This document shows, piece by piece, positions 39,835 to 51,113 of a stretch of 64,000 bases of DNA (its first letter is position 1; each line of letters opens with the position of its first letter). This stretch comes from Candidatus Latescibacterota bacterium (GTDB lineage: Bacteria; Latescibacterota; UBA2968; SICM01). A program made the translations under genes and the position numbers. The notes under the pieces were generated by a model that ran no database searches, had not been told where the DNA came from, and saw only the letters and a program-made list of their open reading frames with translations. The stretch covers positions 4,576,001-4,640,000 of the forward strand of contig CBDCJO010000002.1 in assembly GCA_965217865.1 (NCBI GenBank), written 5' to 3'.

Positions 39835-41919
39835 ATGGCTGTCTACAAGCGAATCCTTCTTTATTCGATGATCTCAATCGTCCTGGGATCGGCCCCCCTG
39901 GTGTGGCTTGTCTTCCGCTTCAGCAAAGGGCTCCCTTCGCTATCAAGCCTGGAGCGCGTGGAACCCAAACGCACAACCATCCTATACTCGGCGGATGGAA
40001 AGGTTATCAGGAAATTCGCGGAGCAGTATCGGGAGCCGATCTCTTTCGAAAAACTTCCCCCCCGGGCAATCGATGCCTTGATTGCCCGTGAAGACAGGTC
40101 CTTCTGGAAACATTGGGGGATTTCCCTCTCCGACAACTTTCGCGCAGCGGCCGTCAACCTGATCTCGATGCAACGCAAGCAAGGGGCGAGTACGATCACA
40201 CAGCAGCTTGCCCGAAATCTTTTTTTGACCCTCGATGTAAAGTGGAGCCGAAAAATTCAGGAGGCGATCGTGGCCGTCCTGATTGAGCGGACCTACACCA
40301 AGAAAGAGATCCTGGAGATGTATTTCAATCAGGTCTACTTCGGCCACGGAGTCTACGGCATACAATCCGCGGCGCAACGATTCTTCGGAAAGGATGCCGG
40401 GGATCTCGATCTGCAGGAGTGCGCCGTTCTTGTCGCACTGCTCAAAAACCCAAATCGATACTCTCCGGTAGATTACCCCGACCGGGCGGTTCACTGGCGG
40501 AATGTGGTTCTGAAGTCGATGCTTGATGTCGGGAAGATTTCCGAAGGGGAATATCAGGACGCCATTCAAAAACCCTTGATTTTGACATACCGTAATGAAG
40601 AAACGGGAGAGGCCCCTTATTTCACCGAGCACATCCGACAATACCTGGAAAACACCTATGGCGTGAAAACGCTCTACCAGGACGGGGTTTCGGTTTACAC
40701 ATCGTTGGACAGCCGACTGCAGGAAATCGCAGAGGAGGAACTGATCACAAAGCTCAGGGTGCTCCAATGGCGAGTAAAAGAAGGGGAGACAGGGGCAGCA
40801 TTGGAGATACCCGAAGGGCTCACGGAAGCGGACTCCCTTCGGACCCAGGTGATTCAAGGGGCCCTTGTCGCCCTCGACCCCTCCAGCGGCCATATTCTCG
40901 CGATGGTCGGGGGGAGGGATTTTAACGAGACCCGATTCAATCGTGCCACACAGGCCCTGCGCCAACCCGGATCGTCCTTCAAACCCTTTATCTACACGGC
41001 CGCCATCGATAACGGCTATCGACCAACGGACAAAATCCTGGATACGGCGATCCTGGTCACACAGCATGACGGGACCACTTGGGGACCGGAGAACTATGAG
41101 CAAAATTATATGGGTCCCATCACGATTCGAGAAGCACATGCTCGGTCGAGAAATCTAGCAACCATCCGACTGCTCCAAAAGGTCAATCCGAAGACGGTAA
41201 TCCCTTATGCCCGCAAGATGGGGATAACGACGCCGATCATGCCATTCCTCTCAATGGGCCTGGGGGCCAGCGAGGTCAGGTTGATCGACCTCGTGTCCGC
41301 ATACGGCGTTTTCCCCAATCGGGGGGTCCACGTCGAACCGATATCCATTCTCGAGATTGTTGACAAAGATGGCAATGTGCTGGAAGAACACCCCAGGGGG
41401 AAGGAGACGGAGGCTTTAAAGGCATCCACGGCTGCCGTGATGACAAGCCTGTTGCAGTCTGCGATGGATCAAAGGGCGGGGGGGACCGGACGCTCAGCAC
41501 GGTCCCTTTATAAATTTATGCGGCCTGCAGGTGGGAAAACCGGTACGACAAATAACTACACGGATGCGTGGTTCGTGGGTTTCACCCCGCAGCTTGTCGC
41601 AGGGGTCTGGATCGGGTTTGACGAGAAGATTTCGCTCGGCGAGAAGCAATCGGGGGGTACGGTCGCCTTACCCGTATGGGCCGGATTTATGAAGCGGGCG
41701 CACGAAACACTCGAGTTGGTCGAGGAGGAATTCGAGGTTCCTTCGGGTGTGGTTCGTGTAGAGGTATGCGACGGCCATCCCAACCGGATCGCCTCTCCTT
41801 ACTGCCCCAAGCGATGGGAGGAGATGTTCGTGACGGGCACCGAACCCACTGAGAGCTGTGAATATCATACCGTAGGTTCGGATGGGAGGGAGCGGAGGAA
41901 GAACGAATTACAGTTTTAA
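39835..41919 (+). CDS. Penicillin-binding protein 1A family (transglycosylase/transpeptidase)
   Basis: EDRSFWKHWG, QGASTITQQLARN, SSFK, SRN, KTG motifs. Confidence 0.93.
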   Translation: MAVYKRILLYSMISIVLGSAPLVWLVFRFSKGLPSLSSLERVEPKRTTILYSADGKVIRKFAEQYREPISFEKLPPRAIDALIAREDRSFWKHWGISLSDNFRAAAVNLISMQRKQGASTITQQLARNLFLTLDVKWSRKIQEAIVAVLIERTYTKKEILEMYFNQVYFGHGVYGIQSAAQRFFGKDAGDLDLQECAVLVALLKNPNRYSPVDYPDRAVHWRNVVLKSMLDVGKISEGEYQDAIQKPLILTYRNEETGEAPYFTEHIRQYLENTYGVKTLYQDGVSVYTSLDSRLQEIAEEELITKLRVLQWRVKEGETGAALEIPEGLTEADSLRTQVIQGALVALDPSSGHILAMVGGRDFNETRFNRATQALRQPGSSFKPFIYTAAIDNGYRPTDKILDTAILVTQHDGTTWGPENYEQNYMGPITIREAHARSRNLATIRLLQKVNPKTVIPYARKMGITTPIMPFLSMGLGASEVRLIDLVSAYGVFPNRGVHVEPISILEIVDKDGNVLEEHPRGKETEALKASTAAVMTSLLQSAMDQRAGGTGRSARSLYKFMRPAGGKTGTTNNYTDAWFVGFTPQLVAGVWIGFDEKISLGEKQSGGTVALPVWAGFMKRAHETLELVEEEFEVPSGVVRVEVCDGHPNRIASPYCPKRWEEMFVTGTEPTESCEYHTVGSDGRERRKNELQF

Positions 41920-41959
41920 AAAAGAAACGGAGTATACGCCTACCTAAAAACAGAGGAGC

Positions 41960-42754
41960 ATGATCATGGCAGAATTCGACAACAAAGTGGTTATTGTCAC
42001 TGGGGGCGCCCAGGGCATCGGGAGGGGGATCTGTCTGGGGTTTGCTGAGGAAGGGGCCAGCGTGGTGTGCGCGGATGTGAACGAGGAAACCGGCCGGCAA
42101 ACCGCGGCAGCGAGCGGGAACCTGGAGGGCGAAATACGCTTCGAGAGGGCCGATGTCTCTGAAAGCGACCAGTGCCGGGCGTTGGTGGATTCGGTCTTAT
42201 CGCAGTGGGGTCGGGTAGACGTGCTGTGCAACAACGTTGGCATCCAGCGCCCGGAATCCTACAAGCCGGCGCACGAGCTGCCCGATGAAATGTGGGACCG
42301 CATCATAGACGTGAATCTCAAGAGTTGCTTCCTGATGAGCAAGTGCTGCATCCCGGTGATGCGGGAGCAGGGAGGCGGCGTCATTGTCAACACGGCCAGC
42401 GTGCAGGGCCTGCAATCAATGAAGGGCGTGTCGGCGTACGCGGCCAGCAAGGGCGGGATGCTTTCCCTGACCCGTCAACTTGCACTAGAGTACGCCGAAG
42501 ACAACATCCGGGTGCTGGCAGTCAATCCGGGTACGATCGATACGCCGCTGGTGGACGATGCTGTGAACTTTTCCGGTGGGAACAAGGAAGAACTGGTCAA
42601 GAAGTGGTCAGAGGCGCATCCCGTCGGCCACATTGGAAAACCGTCGGATATCGCCAACGCGTTCCTTTTTCTGGCCAGCGACCGGGCTTCGTTCATCACC
42701 GGTGAGTACCTGTGCGTAGACGGGGGTATGATGGCCCGGGGGTCCTGGGCATAG
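41960..42754 (+). CDS. SDR family oxidoreductase
   Basis: TGGAQGIG, NNVG, YAASK, VDGG. Confidence 0.92.
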   Translation: MIMAEFDNKVVIVTGGAQGIGRGICLGFAEEGASVVCADVNEETGRQTAAASGNLEGEIRFERADVSESDQCRALVDSVLSQWGRVDVLCNNVGIQRPESYKPAHELPDEMWDRIIDVNLKSCFLMSKCCIPVMREQGGGVIVNTASVQGLQSMKGVSAYAASKGGMLSLTRQLALEYAEDNIRVLAVNPGTIDTPLVDDAVNFSGGNKEELVKKWSEAHPVGHIGKPSDIANAFLFLASDRASFITGEYLCVDGGMMARGSWA

Positions 42755-42926
42755 GAGACACCGGCGTAGTAGCTTTCGTTTAGCCTGAACCCCTGGCCGC
42801 CAGAATTGGATTCTCGCCGGGTACCTCACCTGGCGGGAATTTCCTTGAGACCCTTCCGGAAAGCCGTGTAGGAGCATACGGCTTTGCTACTCTTCCCCAT
42901 TTTCAAATGATTGTGTCGCCAATTTC

Positions 42927-42991
42927 ATTAACCTTTCCCGTTAATAACTCTTGACAATTTATCTAAATATAGGTATACTAATGTATACATT
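42927..42991 (+). promoter_or_regulatory. higBA promoter with flanking palindromes (putative antitoxin operators)
   Basis: TTGACA(42951)-17-TATACT(42974); ATTAAC-N7-GTTAAT at 42927-42945; AATGTATACATT at 42980-42991. Confidence 0.7.
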
Positions 42992-43006
42992 GTTGGGTAT
43001 GCTATT

Positions 43007-43348
43007 GTGGATATTGAATTCAATACAAGCAGACTTAGGAGAGATTGCAATGATATAAACCGTGCTCAAAGGCGATGGGGACGGGTCCGTAGTAGGTTGA
43101 TTATGCGTCGGCTTCAGGAACTTCGCGACGTTGATGTTTTAGAGTTCATGAGAAGACTCCCTCAAGCTGATTGCCATGAGTTATTGGGAGATCGGAAAGG
43201 ACAGTTGGCTGTGAACGTGCAGTTTCCCTTTCGCCTTATTTTCAAGATTGCTAATGAGCCTGTACCGGTGAGGGATGATGGTGGAATTGATTGGACGCGA
43301 GTAACTGCTATTAGAATTCTGGAGGTCGTTGATTATCATGGTAGATAG
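43007..43348 (+). CDS. higB: HigB-type (RelE/ParE superfamily) toxin
   Basis: CHELLGDRKGQLAV..FRLIF..IRILEVVDYH pattern; toxin-first arrangement. Confidence 0.85.
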   Translation: MDIEFNTSRLRRDCNDINRAQRRWGRVRSRLIMRRLQELRDVDVLEFMRRLPQADCHELLGDRKGQLAVNVQFPFRLIFKIANEPVPVRDDGGIDWTRVTAIRILEVVDYHGR

Positions 43349-44441
43349 CGCTCCTCGCAATCAGTACGAGCCAAATTATGTGCCTCCTCCGAGCGATACG
43401 CTTCTTGAGACCCTTGAGGCGATTGGGATGTCTCAAGCAGAACTGGCACAGCGGACCGGCAGGCCAAAGAAGACCATCAACGAAATTATCAAAGGGAAAA
43501 CGGAGATAACACCGCAAACAGCTTTACAGTTGGAGCATGTTTTAGGCATACCTGCTAGTTTTTGGAATAATCGGGAGCGCCGTTACCGAGAATTTTTATC
43601 GCGTTTAGAGGAACAAGAACGCCTAAAGAAACAGGTTAAGTGGTTAAAAGACATTCCTGTTAGAGACATGATTAAAGCCGGATGGATTAGAGCTGTTAGG
43701 GATAGGGTGCAGCAACTTCAAGAAGTATTAAACTTCTTTGGAATCTCCTCCTCCGAACATTGGAAAGCGGTGTGGCCAGAGGTCGCTTTTCGTAGATCTC
43801 CTGCCTTTCAAAGCTATCCTGGAGCGGTTTCTGCTTGGCTGCGCATGGGAGAAATAAAAGCTCAGAAGATTGAGTGTGTGCCCTATGATGAGAAGACTTT
43901 TCGAAAAATAATCCATCATCTTCGAAGTTTTACCGTCAGGCGAATCGATGATGTGCATCAAGAAATAGTGGATTTGTGTTCACAGGCAGGTGTGGCCGTA
44001 GTTTTTGTGCCTCAACTACCTAAGACGCGTGTCAGTGGAGCAACTCGGTGGCTTTCTCCCACTAAATCACTTATTCAGCTTAGCCTCCGTTACAGATTTA
44101 ACGACCATTTCTGGTTTACCTTCTTCCACGAGGCTGGCCACATTCTGCGACACAGCAAACGTGATATTTTTATCACTGAAGAAGATGGCCGCGAAAATGC
44201 CCAAGAGAAAGAATCAGATAGGTTTGCCAGCGGTTTTCTGATCCCACCAACGAAGTTTCGGGAGTTTATTCAGTTAGGCTTGTATAAGTCCAGTGATGAG
44301 ATTCAGAAATTTGCAGACGAGATCGGAATTGCTCCTGGCATCGTTGTTGGGAGGCTTCAGCATGACCTCAATTTACCCTGGAATACCCGTTGTAATGCCT
44401 TGAAGATAAAGTTCGTTTGGAAACAGAAAAATGACTCATAA
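43338..44441 (+). CDS. higA: HigA antitoxin HTH fused to an ImmA/IrrE-type metallopeptidase domain
   Basis: PPSDTL..MSQAELAQRTG..INEIIKGK..TALQLE..ASFW; C-terminal FWFTFFHEAGH, E.ESDRFA. Confidence 0.85.
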   Translation: MVDSAPRNQYEPNYVPPPSDTLLETLEAIGMSQAELAQRTGRPKKTINEIIKGKTEITPQTALQLEHVLGIPASFWNNRERRYREFLSRLEEQERLKKQVKWLKDIPVRDMIKAGWIRAVRDRVQQLQEVLNFFGISSSEHWKAVWPEVAFRRSPAFQSYPGAVSAWLRMGEIKAQKIECVPYDEKTFRKIIHHLRSFTVRRIDDVHQEIVDLCSQAGVAVVFVPQLPKTRVSGATRWLSPTKSLIQLSLRYRFNDHFWFTFFHEAGHILRHSKRDIFITEEDGRENAQEKESDRFASGFLIPPTKFREFIQLGLYKSSDEIQKFADEIGIAPGIVVGRLQHDLNLPWNTRCNALKIKFVWKQKNDS

Positions 44442-44566
44442 AATCGTGTGCTTAAAAGACGAGGTTGGGAGAATGATTTTGCAATCAAAGCTTTCTATTG
44501 TTCGAAGCATGAATTCGAATTCGAAGAATAGGTAATCACAACTACACCGAGATTTCGCTTGACGTG

Positions 44567-44972
44567 CTCTGTGTGTCATCCGTAGTTTTTCTGTAGAGTT
44601 TTTGAAAATCCGGGATACGCTAGAACACACCCGAAATGGGGCCATTCTCTCTTTGGAGTGATGTCCTTCAGGTAGCGAGGGCCAAAAAAGGGGACCAGAA
44701 CGGGGGGCATTGCACGGTAGAGGTTAAAGATGGGGCCCCCTTTTCCCATCCGATTCCTCTTTGGTTGATTCCCCTTGACACCCGGATATACTCGTCGTAT
44801 ATTTGGTATAGTCCCCTTATGGGATATAATAAGCCACGTCGGGAAAGGCGTGGCTTTGTGTGTTTATGGAGGCTCTGAATTATCTTGAATCTCTGTGTGT
44901 CATCCGTAGTTTTTCTGTAGAGCTGTTGAAAATCCGGGATACGCTAGAACACACTCGAAATGGGTCCATTCT
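44567..44972 (+). repeat. 82-bp direct repeat (44567-44648 and 44891-44972)
   Basis: CTCTGTGTGTCATCCGTAG...CCATTCT in both copies, 4 mismatches. Confidence 0.9.
44775..44803 (+). promoter_or_regulatory. sigma70-type promoter between the direct repeats
   Basis: TTGACA-17-TATATT. Confidence 0.6.
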
Positions 44973-45010
44973 ATCAGGAAAATCTCAATCCCTTAGAAGG
45001 AGATTGCGGC

Positions 45011-45445
45011 ATGAAGAATAAAGCTCACTATCTTGCGTTGGCTGCCATCTTGCTGACAGGATTTGTGTGGATGGCATGCAGCCAGGAAACCAGTTTGAAT
45101 GCGCCTGGGGATCAGACGGTTCGGTTTGCGGCAAGCAAGCCTGCTCCGAAAGTCGATGTCTGCCACCTGACCGACAACGGTACGTACAAGAAGATCAAGA
45201 TTAGTGGTAACGCGCTGCAGGCGCATCTGAATCACGGTGATGGTGCCCCCGGTGAAGCGGTGCCTGGTGACCCATCAATGGTATTCGCAGCCGACTGCAG
45301 TCCTGTACCAGACACCGACGGCGACGGAGTTCCCGACGACGACGATAACTGCCCGTTGGTGCCTAACGCGGATCAGGCGGATTCGAACAACGACGGAGTG
45401 GGTGATGCGTGTAGTAGTAGTAGTGGTAATGTTGGAAACTTTTAA
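45011..45445 (+). CDS. Lipoprotein with thrombospondin type-3 Ca-binding repeats
   Basis: Lipobox WMAC; KVDVCH..AHLNHGD module; [34 protein letters not shown]. Confidence 0.8.
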   Translation: MKNKAHYLALAAILLTGFVWMACSQETSLNAPGDQTVRFAASKPAPKVDVCHLTDNGTYKKIKISGNALQAHLNHGDGAPGEAVPGDPSMVFAADCSPVPDTDGDGVPDDDDNCPLVPNADQADSNNDGVGDACSSSSGNVGNF

Positions 45446-45674
45446 TCTTTTCATAGTTATGGAAAATCGAAACGTGGAGCACGATTCCCGCTGGATAACT
45501 CATTCGGCGGGAATTTTCTTTGGACCCTTCCGGACCCGTGCTTGATCTCCAAATTGAAGAAAAAAAGGGGTTATCACCGAAGCCCGCGTCAGTATTGGAC
45601 CTGGTTATAACCCCTCTCAAACTTGAGAAGGCAATGGACTTTGTTTTGATGGTGGGGTGATCGGGAAGGGACTT

Positions 45675-46397
45675 TTATCTCTTCAGGAGCCGAACCATCT
45701 CCCGAACGGCTTGTTCCACGCCGACCATCACAGATCTTGCGATGATGGAGTGGCCGATGCTGGCCTCGCGTACTTCGGCTATGGCAACGACATCGTGCAC
45801 GTTCTGGTAGGTGATCCCGTGTCCTAAGCGGGGAAGGAGTCCAAGCCGGTCAGCCTGCATAACCCCCTTACGGATTCGTTCCAACTGGGTGGTTCGAACC
45901 TCCCCCCTGGCATTGGCGTATTCCCCGGTGTGAAGTTCGACCGCCCCGGCACCGATTTTCTTCGCAGCCTTTATCTGATTTTCGTCCGGATCGATAAACA
46001 GGCTCACAGGGATTCCGTCCCTGTTCAGGGTCCGAATCACCCCAGCGATCACCCCCGCATTCCCTTCGGCATCCAGCCCTCCTTCGGTGGTAATCTCCTG
46101 CCTTTTTTCAGGTACCAGGGTCACCTGGTCGGGATGCTCTTTCATGGCGATGGCGACCATTTCTTCTGTGGAAGCCATCTCCAGGTTGAGCTCCAATTTC
46201 ACGGTTTTTTTAAGTAGATGGAGATCCCGATCGTTGATGTGACGTCTATCTTCTCTCAAATGTACTGTGATTCCGTCTGCACCCCCGAGTTCGGCGAGGA
46301 AGGCCGCCGCAACGGGATCCGGTTCGTCGGTTTTTCTGGCCTCTCTCAGGGTGGCTACGTGATCGACGTTGACGCTGAGTCGCACCCTCTCCGTCAT
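45675..46397 (-). CDS. pdxJ: Pyridoxine 5'-phosphate synthase
   Basis: [43 protein letters not shown]. Confidence 0.97.
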   Translation of the reverse strand: MTERVRLSVNVDHVATLREARKTDEPDPVAAAFLAELGGADGITVHLREDRRHINDRDLHLLKKTVKLELNLEMASTEEMVAIAMKEHPDQVTLVPEKRQEITTEGGLDAEGNAGVIAGVIRTLNRDGIPVSLFIDPDENQIKAAKKIGAGAVELHTGEYANARGEVRTTQLERIRKGVMQADRLGLLPRLGHGITYQNVHDVVAIAEVREASIGHSIIARSVMVGVEQAVREMVRLLKR

Positions 46398-47362
46398 CTT
46401 AGTCTCTCGATGGCGTGACGGGTCGCAAGCTCCAGGGAGCTTCTCGCGTCGGAAGTCGAGAGCACTGAGAGATGTTGGGAAGCATCCCGGGCATAGTGAT
46501 GAGCCCGCTCGCGCGCGTATTCGATCCCATCATAACGACGGACAAAGTCCACCACCTCGCCCCAGTCCTCCCCGTTTTCAACGCCCGATTCGATCCTGTC
46601 CCGAATCTGTTCTCCCTCCCCGTTGGAACAATTCTCCAAAGCTCTGATCAGGGGCAACGTAAATGTTTTCTCCTTCACGTCGTTCCCGACGGGTTTGCCG
46701 CGGATTGCTGAATCGCCCGTGAAATCCAGGACGTCGTCAGTGATCTGAAATGCGACGCCGAGAAGTTCACCGAAATTGGCCATACCCAGAACCTGTTCCT
46801 CCGAACCCCCTGAAAGGATCGCTCCGACTTCGCAGGAGAGGCAGACCAGGGCAGAGGTTTTCTTACCCACGAGATCCAGATAAACGCCCTCTGAGATCGC
46901 CGAATCTCCGTTTTCGATCTCCAGCAATTCACCTTCAACGATACGTTGGGTCGCGCGGGCGGACGCCTCCATGACCTCCTGTGATCCGAGGGCAACAAGG
47001 ATCTGAAGCGCTTTGGCAAACAAAAAATCTCCCATAAGGACCGATACCTGATTTCCCCAAATGGCGTTGAGGGAAGGGACCCCGCGCCTGGTATCTGCCG
47101 AATCAATGACATCGTCGTGAATAAGGGTCGCCGTATGGAGGAGTTCGATCCCGACTGCGGCGTCGATGACGGGATCCAGATCATTTCCAAGCGCTCTGGC
47201 GGTCAGGAGGGAGAGTGCGGATCTGAATCCGTTTCCCTTTGCTGAGACAAGGTGACCGGACATCCTTTGGACGAGTTTCACTTCGGAATGGAGCGCCGAC
47301 TCCATGCGTTTCTCCAGGAGCCCCATTCCAGGGAGGATAGGCCGGATTATTTGATCCATCAT
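46394..47362 (-). CDS. Polyprenyl diphosphate synthase (IspB/HepT-like)
   Basis: HDDVID..RRG and FQITDDVLD aspartate-rich motifs. Confidence 0.93.
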   Translation of the reverse strand: MMDQIIRPILPGMGLLEKRMESALHSEVKLVQRMSGHLVSAKGNGFRSALSLLTARALGNDLDPVIDAAVGIELLHTATLIHDDVIDSADTRRGVPSLNAIWGNQVSVLMGDFLFAKALQILVALGSQEVMEASARATQRIVEGELLEIENGDSAISEGVYLDLVGKKTSALVCLSCEVGAILSGGSEEQVLGMANFGELLGVAFQITDDVLDFTGDSAIRGKPVGNDVKEKTFTLPLIRALENCSNGEGEQIRDRIESGVENGEDWGEVVDFVRRYDGIEYARERAHHYARDASQHLSVLSTSDARSSLELATRHAIERLR

Positions 47363-47511
47363 CGCGGGATTTCCCCGATGTACATTAAGTGGGGGGATAA
47401 GCAGGCCGTTTTTTTAAGGACGGATGGTTGAGAGAAGGCAAATCCAGATTGTCACGAGAAATTACCCAAAAAGAAGAATGATGTCAAACAAAATCATAGT
47501 CAAAAGCCCTC

Positions 47512-48387
47512 TCAGCGCCTCCTTGCCAGAACGACTCTTCCGAGTCCCGTCAGGTCGTCTACGTGGGATATGCCCTCGTAGATCAAAGTGTTTCGAATAA
47601 TCTGTTTCACGGGATCGACCCCTGTGTTTCCCACCTCCAGCAGAAGCCATCCGGATGAACGGAGATATTGACCCGCGCAACCTATGAGCCTTCGATAATG
47701 ATCCAGTCCGTCTTCGCCTCCGTGTAGAGCGATTCGAGGTTCGTAAACCCGGACCTCCGGCTGAAGGTCCCTGAATTGGCTATCCGGGATATAGGGTAGA
47801 TTGGATACGATCGCATCAAATAACCCCGGTAGGCGGAAGGGATCAAGCTGATTCCCGACGAGGATGCGGACGCGATCCTCAACGCCGTTTCGACGCGCAT
47901 TGGTTCGTGCGATCCGCACGGCATCCGGGGATATGTCAGTGGCGATGACAACCGCCTCTTGAATTTCGATGGCAAGGCTGACAGCGATGCATCCTGAACC
48001 CGTTCCCACATCGATAATCCTGGGATTTTTCGTTCCAGCGAGGCGGGAAAGTGTTTCCTCCACGAGGATTTCGGTCTCGGGCCTGGGAATGAGCACGGAT
48101 CGGTTAACAAAAAACGGGAGAGACCAGAATTCCGTCTCTCCCGTAAGGTACTGGAGTGGGATGTGCCTGCAACGATCGTCCAGGATCTCCCGGATCCTGG
48201 TCTGCTGGTCTTTTGTGGTCGTGCGGTCCGGTTCGACGTAGAGTTCGACCCGGCTGATCTTAAAGACGAATTCGAGGAGGCGTTCCGCGACGAGGGAAGG
48301 ACTCTCCACACCGGCCTTTTCCAGACGATCGGTGGCAAACTTTAATGCGGCGCGGATGGTATGAAACCTATTCACCGTCCCCGCCAT
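47512..48387 (-). CDS. prmC: Release factor glutamine methyltransferase
   Basis: [28 protein letters not shown] (NPPY variant); follows prfA. Confidence 0.93.
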   Translation of the reverse strand: MAGTVNRFHTIRAALKFATDRLEKAGVESPSLVAERLLEFVFKISRVELYVEPDRTTTKDQQTRIREILDDRCRHIPLQYLTGETEFWSLPFFVNRSVLIPRPETEILVEETLSRLAGTKNPRIIDVGTGSGCIAVSLAIEIQEAVVIATDISPDAVRIARTNARRNGVEDRVRILVGNQLDPFRLPGLFDAIVSNLPYIPDSQFRDLQPEVRVYEPRIALHGGEDGLDHYRRLIGCAGQYLRSSGWLLLEVGNTGVDPVKQIIRNTLIYEGISHVDDLTGLGRVVLARRR

Positions 48388-49435
48388 CGGCGTCTCCCCC
48401 CGACACCCGGAGGGCCTCCATAAATTCGTCCAGGTCGCCGTTGAGGACATTCTCAAGCTTGTGGAGCGTGAGCTTGATCCGATGATCGGTCACCCGCCCT
48501 TGCGGGAAGTTATAGGTTCGGATCTTGACGCTCCGGTCGCCTGAACCAACCTGAGCACGACGATCTTCCGATAACTGATCATGTTGTTGCCGTTGAAGCC
48601 TATCCAGAAGACGAGCTCGGAGGACCTTCATGGCCTTCGATTTATTCTTGTGTTGCGACTTCTCGTCCTGGCATTGTACGACCAAACCTGAGGGGATGTG
48701 AGTAATTCGTACCGCCGAATCGGTGGTGTTGACACTCTGGCCTCCAGGGCCTCCGGAACGGAATACATCGATGCGTAAATCTTCCGGGTCAATATTTACT
48801 TCAACCTGGTCAGCTTCCGGGAGAACCACGACCGATGCCGCAGACGTATGGATTCGGCCGCTGGATTCGGTGGCTGGCACCCTCTGAACACGGTGGACCC
48901 CGCTTTCATACTTGAGGGTCCCGAATGTTTTATCCCCGGAAACGGAGAAAATCACCTCTTTGAACCCCCCCCGCTCAGTGGGGCTTAGGCTCAAATTTTC
49001 CTGCTTCCAACCGCGGGACTCTATAAACCGGGAGTACATACGGTGGAGATCGGCTGCAAAAAGGGCGGCTTCTTCACCACCGGTGCCCGCCCGAATTTCG
49101 ATGATGGCGTTTTTCTTGTCAGAGGGGTCTTCCGGGACAAGGAAGCCTTTCAGTTTTTTCTCGAGGGAAAGCTGGGCGGCCTCGAGTTCCTGTGTTTCCG
49201 CCTTGGCCAGATCGACCAACTCTTGATCCGATGAAGTTTTAAGGATTTCTTCGGCCTCCCTGAGGCCTTGAAGGTTCAATTGATATTCCCGATATGCGGA
49301 AACTCCCGGGTCGATGCTATTCCTTTCCCTGATCAACTTCTGATACCTTGTCTGATCTGCGATCACGGCCGGGTCAATCAAAAGACCATCGATCTCGTTG
49401 TGGCGGTTCGAGATCTTTTCAAATTTCTCAAACAC
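48368..49435 (-). CDS. prfA: Peptide chain release factor 1
   Basis: [14 protein letters not shown] anticodon-like motif, [12 protein letters not shown]; GTG start. Confidence 0.97.
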   Translation of the reverse strand: MFEKFEKISNRHNEIDGLLIDPAVIADQTRYQKLIRERNSIDPGVSAYREYQLNLQGLREAEEILKTSSDQELVDLAKAETQELEAAQLSLEKKLKGFLVPEDPSDKKNAIIEIRAGTGGEEAALFAADLHRMYSRFIESRGWKQENLSLSPTERGGFKEVIFSVSGDKTFGTLKYESGVHRVQRVPATESSGRIHTSAASVVVLPEADQVEVNIDPEDLRIDVFRSGGPGGQSVNTTDSAVRITHIPSGLVVQCQDEKSQHKNKSKAMKVLRARLLDRLQRQQHDQLSEDRRAQVGSGDRSVKIRTYNFPQGRVTDHRIKLTLHKLENVLNGDLDEFMEALRVSGGDADGGDGE

Positions 49436-49515
49436 GAAGACTTTCCAAATAAAAAAGGTGGTGGACCTGCTGCCGGGAAGGACAGCACAGACCACCACCA
49501 TCAGAGTTGCTGGGT

Positions 49516-49746
49516 TTACCCCTGAGGAACTTCCGCTTCATCGTCTTCGGGAATGCCGTATTTCTTTCGAAACCGCTCAACGCGCCCCGCCGTATCGACC
49601 AGCTTCTGCTTTCCGGTATAGAAGGGGTGACACCGGGAGCAGATCTCTACGTGAAGGTCGGGAACCGTGGAGCGGGTCTCGATGACATTCCCGCAAACAC
49701 ACCGCATCGTGGTCAATTCGTAATTCGGATGAATATCACTTTTCAT
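49516..49746 (-). CDS. rpmE: 50S ribosomal protein L31 (Zn-binding type)
   Basis: [31 protein letters not shown]. Confidence 0.97.
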   Translation of the reverse strand: MKSDIHPNYELTTMRCVCGNVIETRSTVPDLHVEICSRCHPFYTGKQKLVDTAGRVERFRKKYGIPEDDEAEVPQG

Positions 49747-49847
49747 GGCTATCTCGAGTCGAAGTGCGGATTAAAACGGAAGATCAGAATTTTCATTCAT
49801 AGAAAATATAACAACAAAGGACGATAAATCAAAGAGTTTCTATGTCC

Positions 49848-51113
49848 TTATCGATCGACGGGTTCGCTCATGGAGGTGAGGAACTCCTCGTTGGTTTTTG
49901 TCTGGGCTATCCGTTGCAGCACAAATTCCATGGCCTCGGTCGGGGGCATCTGGTTGAGGAGCCTCCGGAGGATCCAGACCCTGTTCAGTTCGTTCTTGAT
50001 GGTCAAAAGCAATTCTTCTTTTCGAGTGCTGGACTGTGTGACGTCGAAGGCCGGAAAAACGCGACGGTTGCTGAGGCGGCGATCGAGCTTGAGCTGCATG
50101 TTGGCCGTTCCGTTGAACTCTTCGAATATGACTTCGTCCATCCTGCTCCCCGTCTCGATCAGCGTTGTGGCGATAATCGTCAAGCTCCCACCCTCTTCGA
50201 TGTTTCTGGCTGCGCCCAGGAATTTACGCGGCCCTAAAAGGGCCGTTGCATCGACGCCGCCCGTGAGGATCCGTCCGCTGTGAGGCGTAACGGTGTTGTG
50301 GGCGCGTGCCAGGCGGGTCAGGCTATCCAGAAGAATCACGACATCGTGTTGATGTTCCACGAGGCGCCTGGCCTTTTCGATAACCATGTCCGCGACCTGA
50401 ACGTGGCGAGTGGCCGGCTCGTCGAATGTGGAGGAGATGACGTCCCCTTTGACTGAGCGCTGCATGTCAGTGACCTCCTCGGGACGTTCGTCGATAAGGA
50501 GGACGATCAGATTGATCTCCGGATGATTTTCCGTGATGCTATGGGAGATCTTCTGAAGGAGCATGGTTTTTCCGGTGAAGGGGGGGGCCACGATCAGACC
50601 TCTCTGACCTTTGCCGATCGGTGAGATCAGGTCCATGATCCGGGTGGAATAATCTTTCGGATCGGACTCGAGTTTTATGCGATCGTCCGGATGGAGGGGG
50701 GTGAGGTTATCGTAAAGGATTTTGTGTTTTGCGACCTCAGGATCTTCAAAGTTGACCGCCTCAACGCGGATAAGGGCAAAATATTTCTCGTCGTTCTTGG
50801 GGGGACGAATCTGGCCGGATACCGTATCCCCCGTTCTCAGGTTGAAGCGCTTCATCTGCGACGGCGAAACGTAGATGTCGTCAGGACCCGGAAGGTAGTT
50901 GTAGTTGGGGGATCTCAGAAAACCGAATCCGTCCTCCAGAATTTCGAGCACACCCTCACCGAATATCAGCCCGCTCTTTTCGGTTTGGGCCTGGAGTACC
51001 GAGAAGATCAACTCTTGTTTACGCAGGCTGCTGTAACGGATATTCAGGCGGGTTGCCAGTTCGGACAATTCCGACATGGTCATGTTTTGCATTTCAGCGA
51101 TGTTCAAATCCAT
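49848..51113 (-). CDS. rho: Transcription termination factor Rho
   Basis: [53 protein letters not shown]. Confidence 0.96.
   Translation of the reverse strand: MDLNIAEMQNMTMSELSELATRLNIRYSSLRKQELIFSVLQAQTEKSGLIFGEGVLEILEDGFGFLRSPNYNYLPGPDDIYVSPSQMKRFNLRTGDTVSGQIRPPKNDEKYFALIRVEAVNFEDPEVAKHKILYDNLTPLHPDDRIKLESDPKDYSTRIMDLISPIGKGQRGLIVAPPFTGKTMLLQKISHSITENHPEINLIVLLIDERPEEVTDMQRSVKGDVISSTFDEPATRHVQVADMVIEKARRLVEHQHDVVILLDSLTRLARAHNTVTPHSGRILTGGVDATALLGPRKFLGAARNIEEGGSLTIIATTLIETGSRMDEVIFEEFNGTANMQLKLDRRLSNRRVFPAFDVTQSSTRKEELLLTIKNELNRVWILRRLLNQMPPTEAMEFVLQRIAQTKTNEEFLTSMSEPVDR

Noticed and set aside
44567-44972. CRISPR or DGR template/variable repeat
   Set aside because: Only two copies, 82 bp long, and no reverse transcriptase or cas gene in the window; neither copy lies in the 3' end of a target gene.
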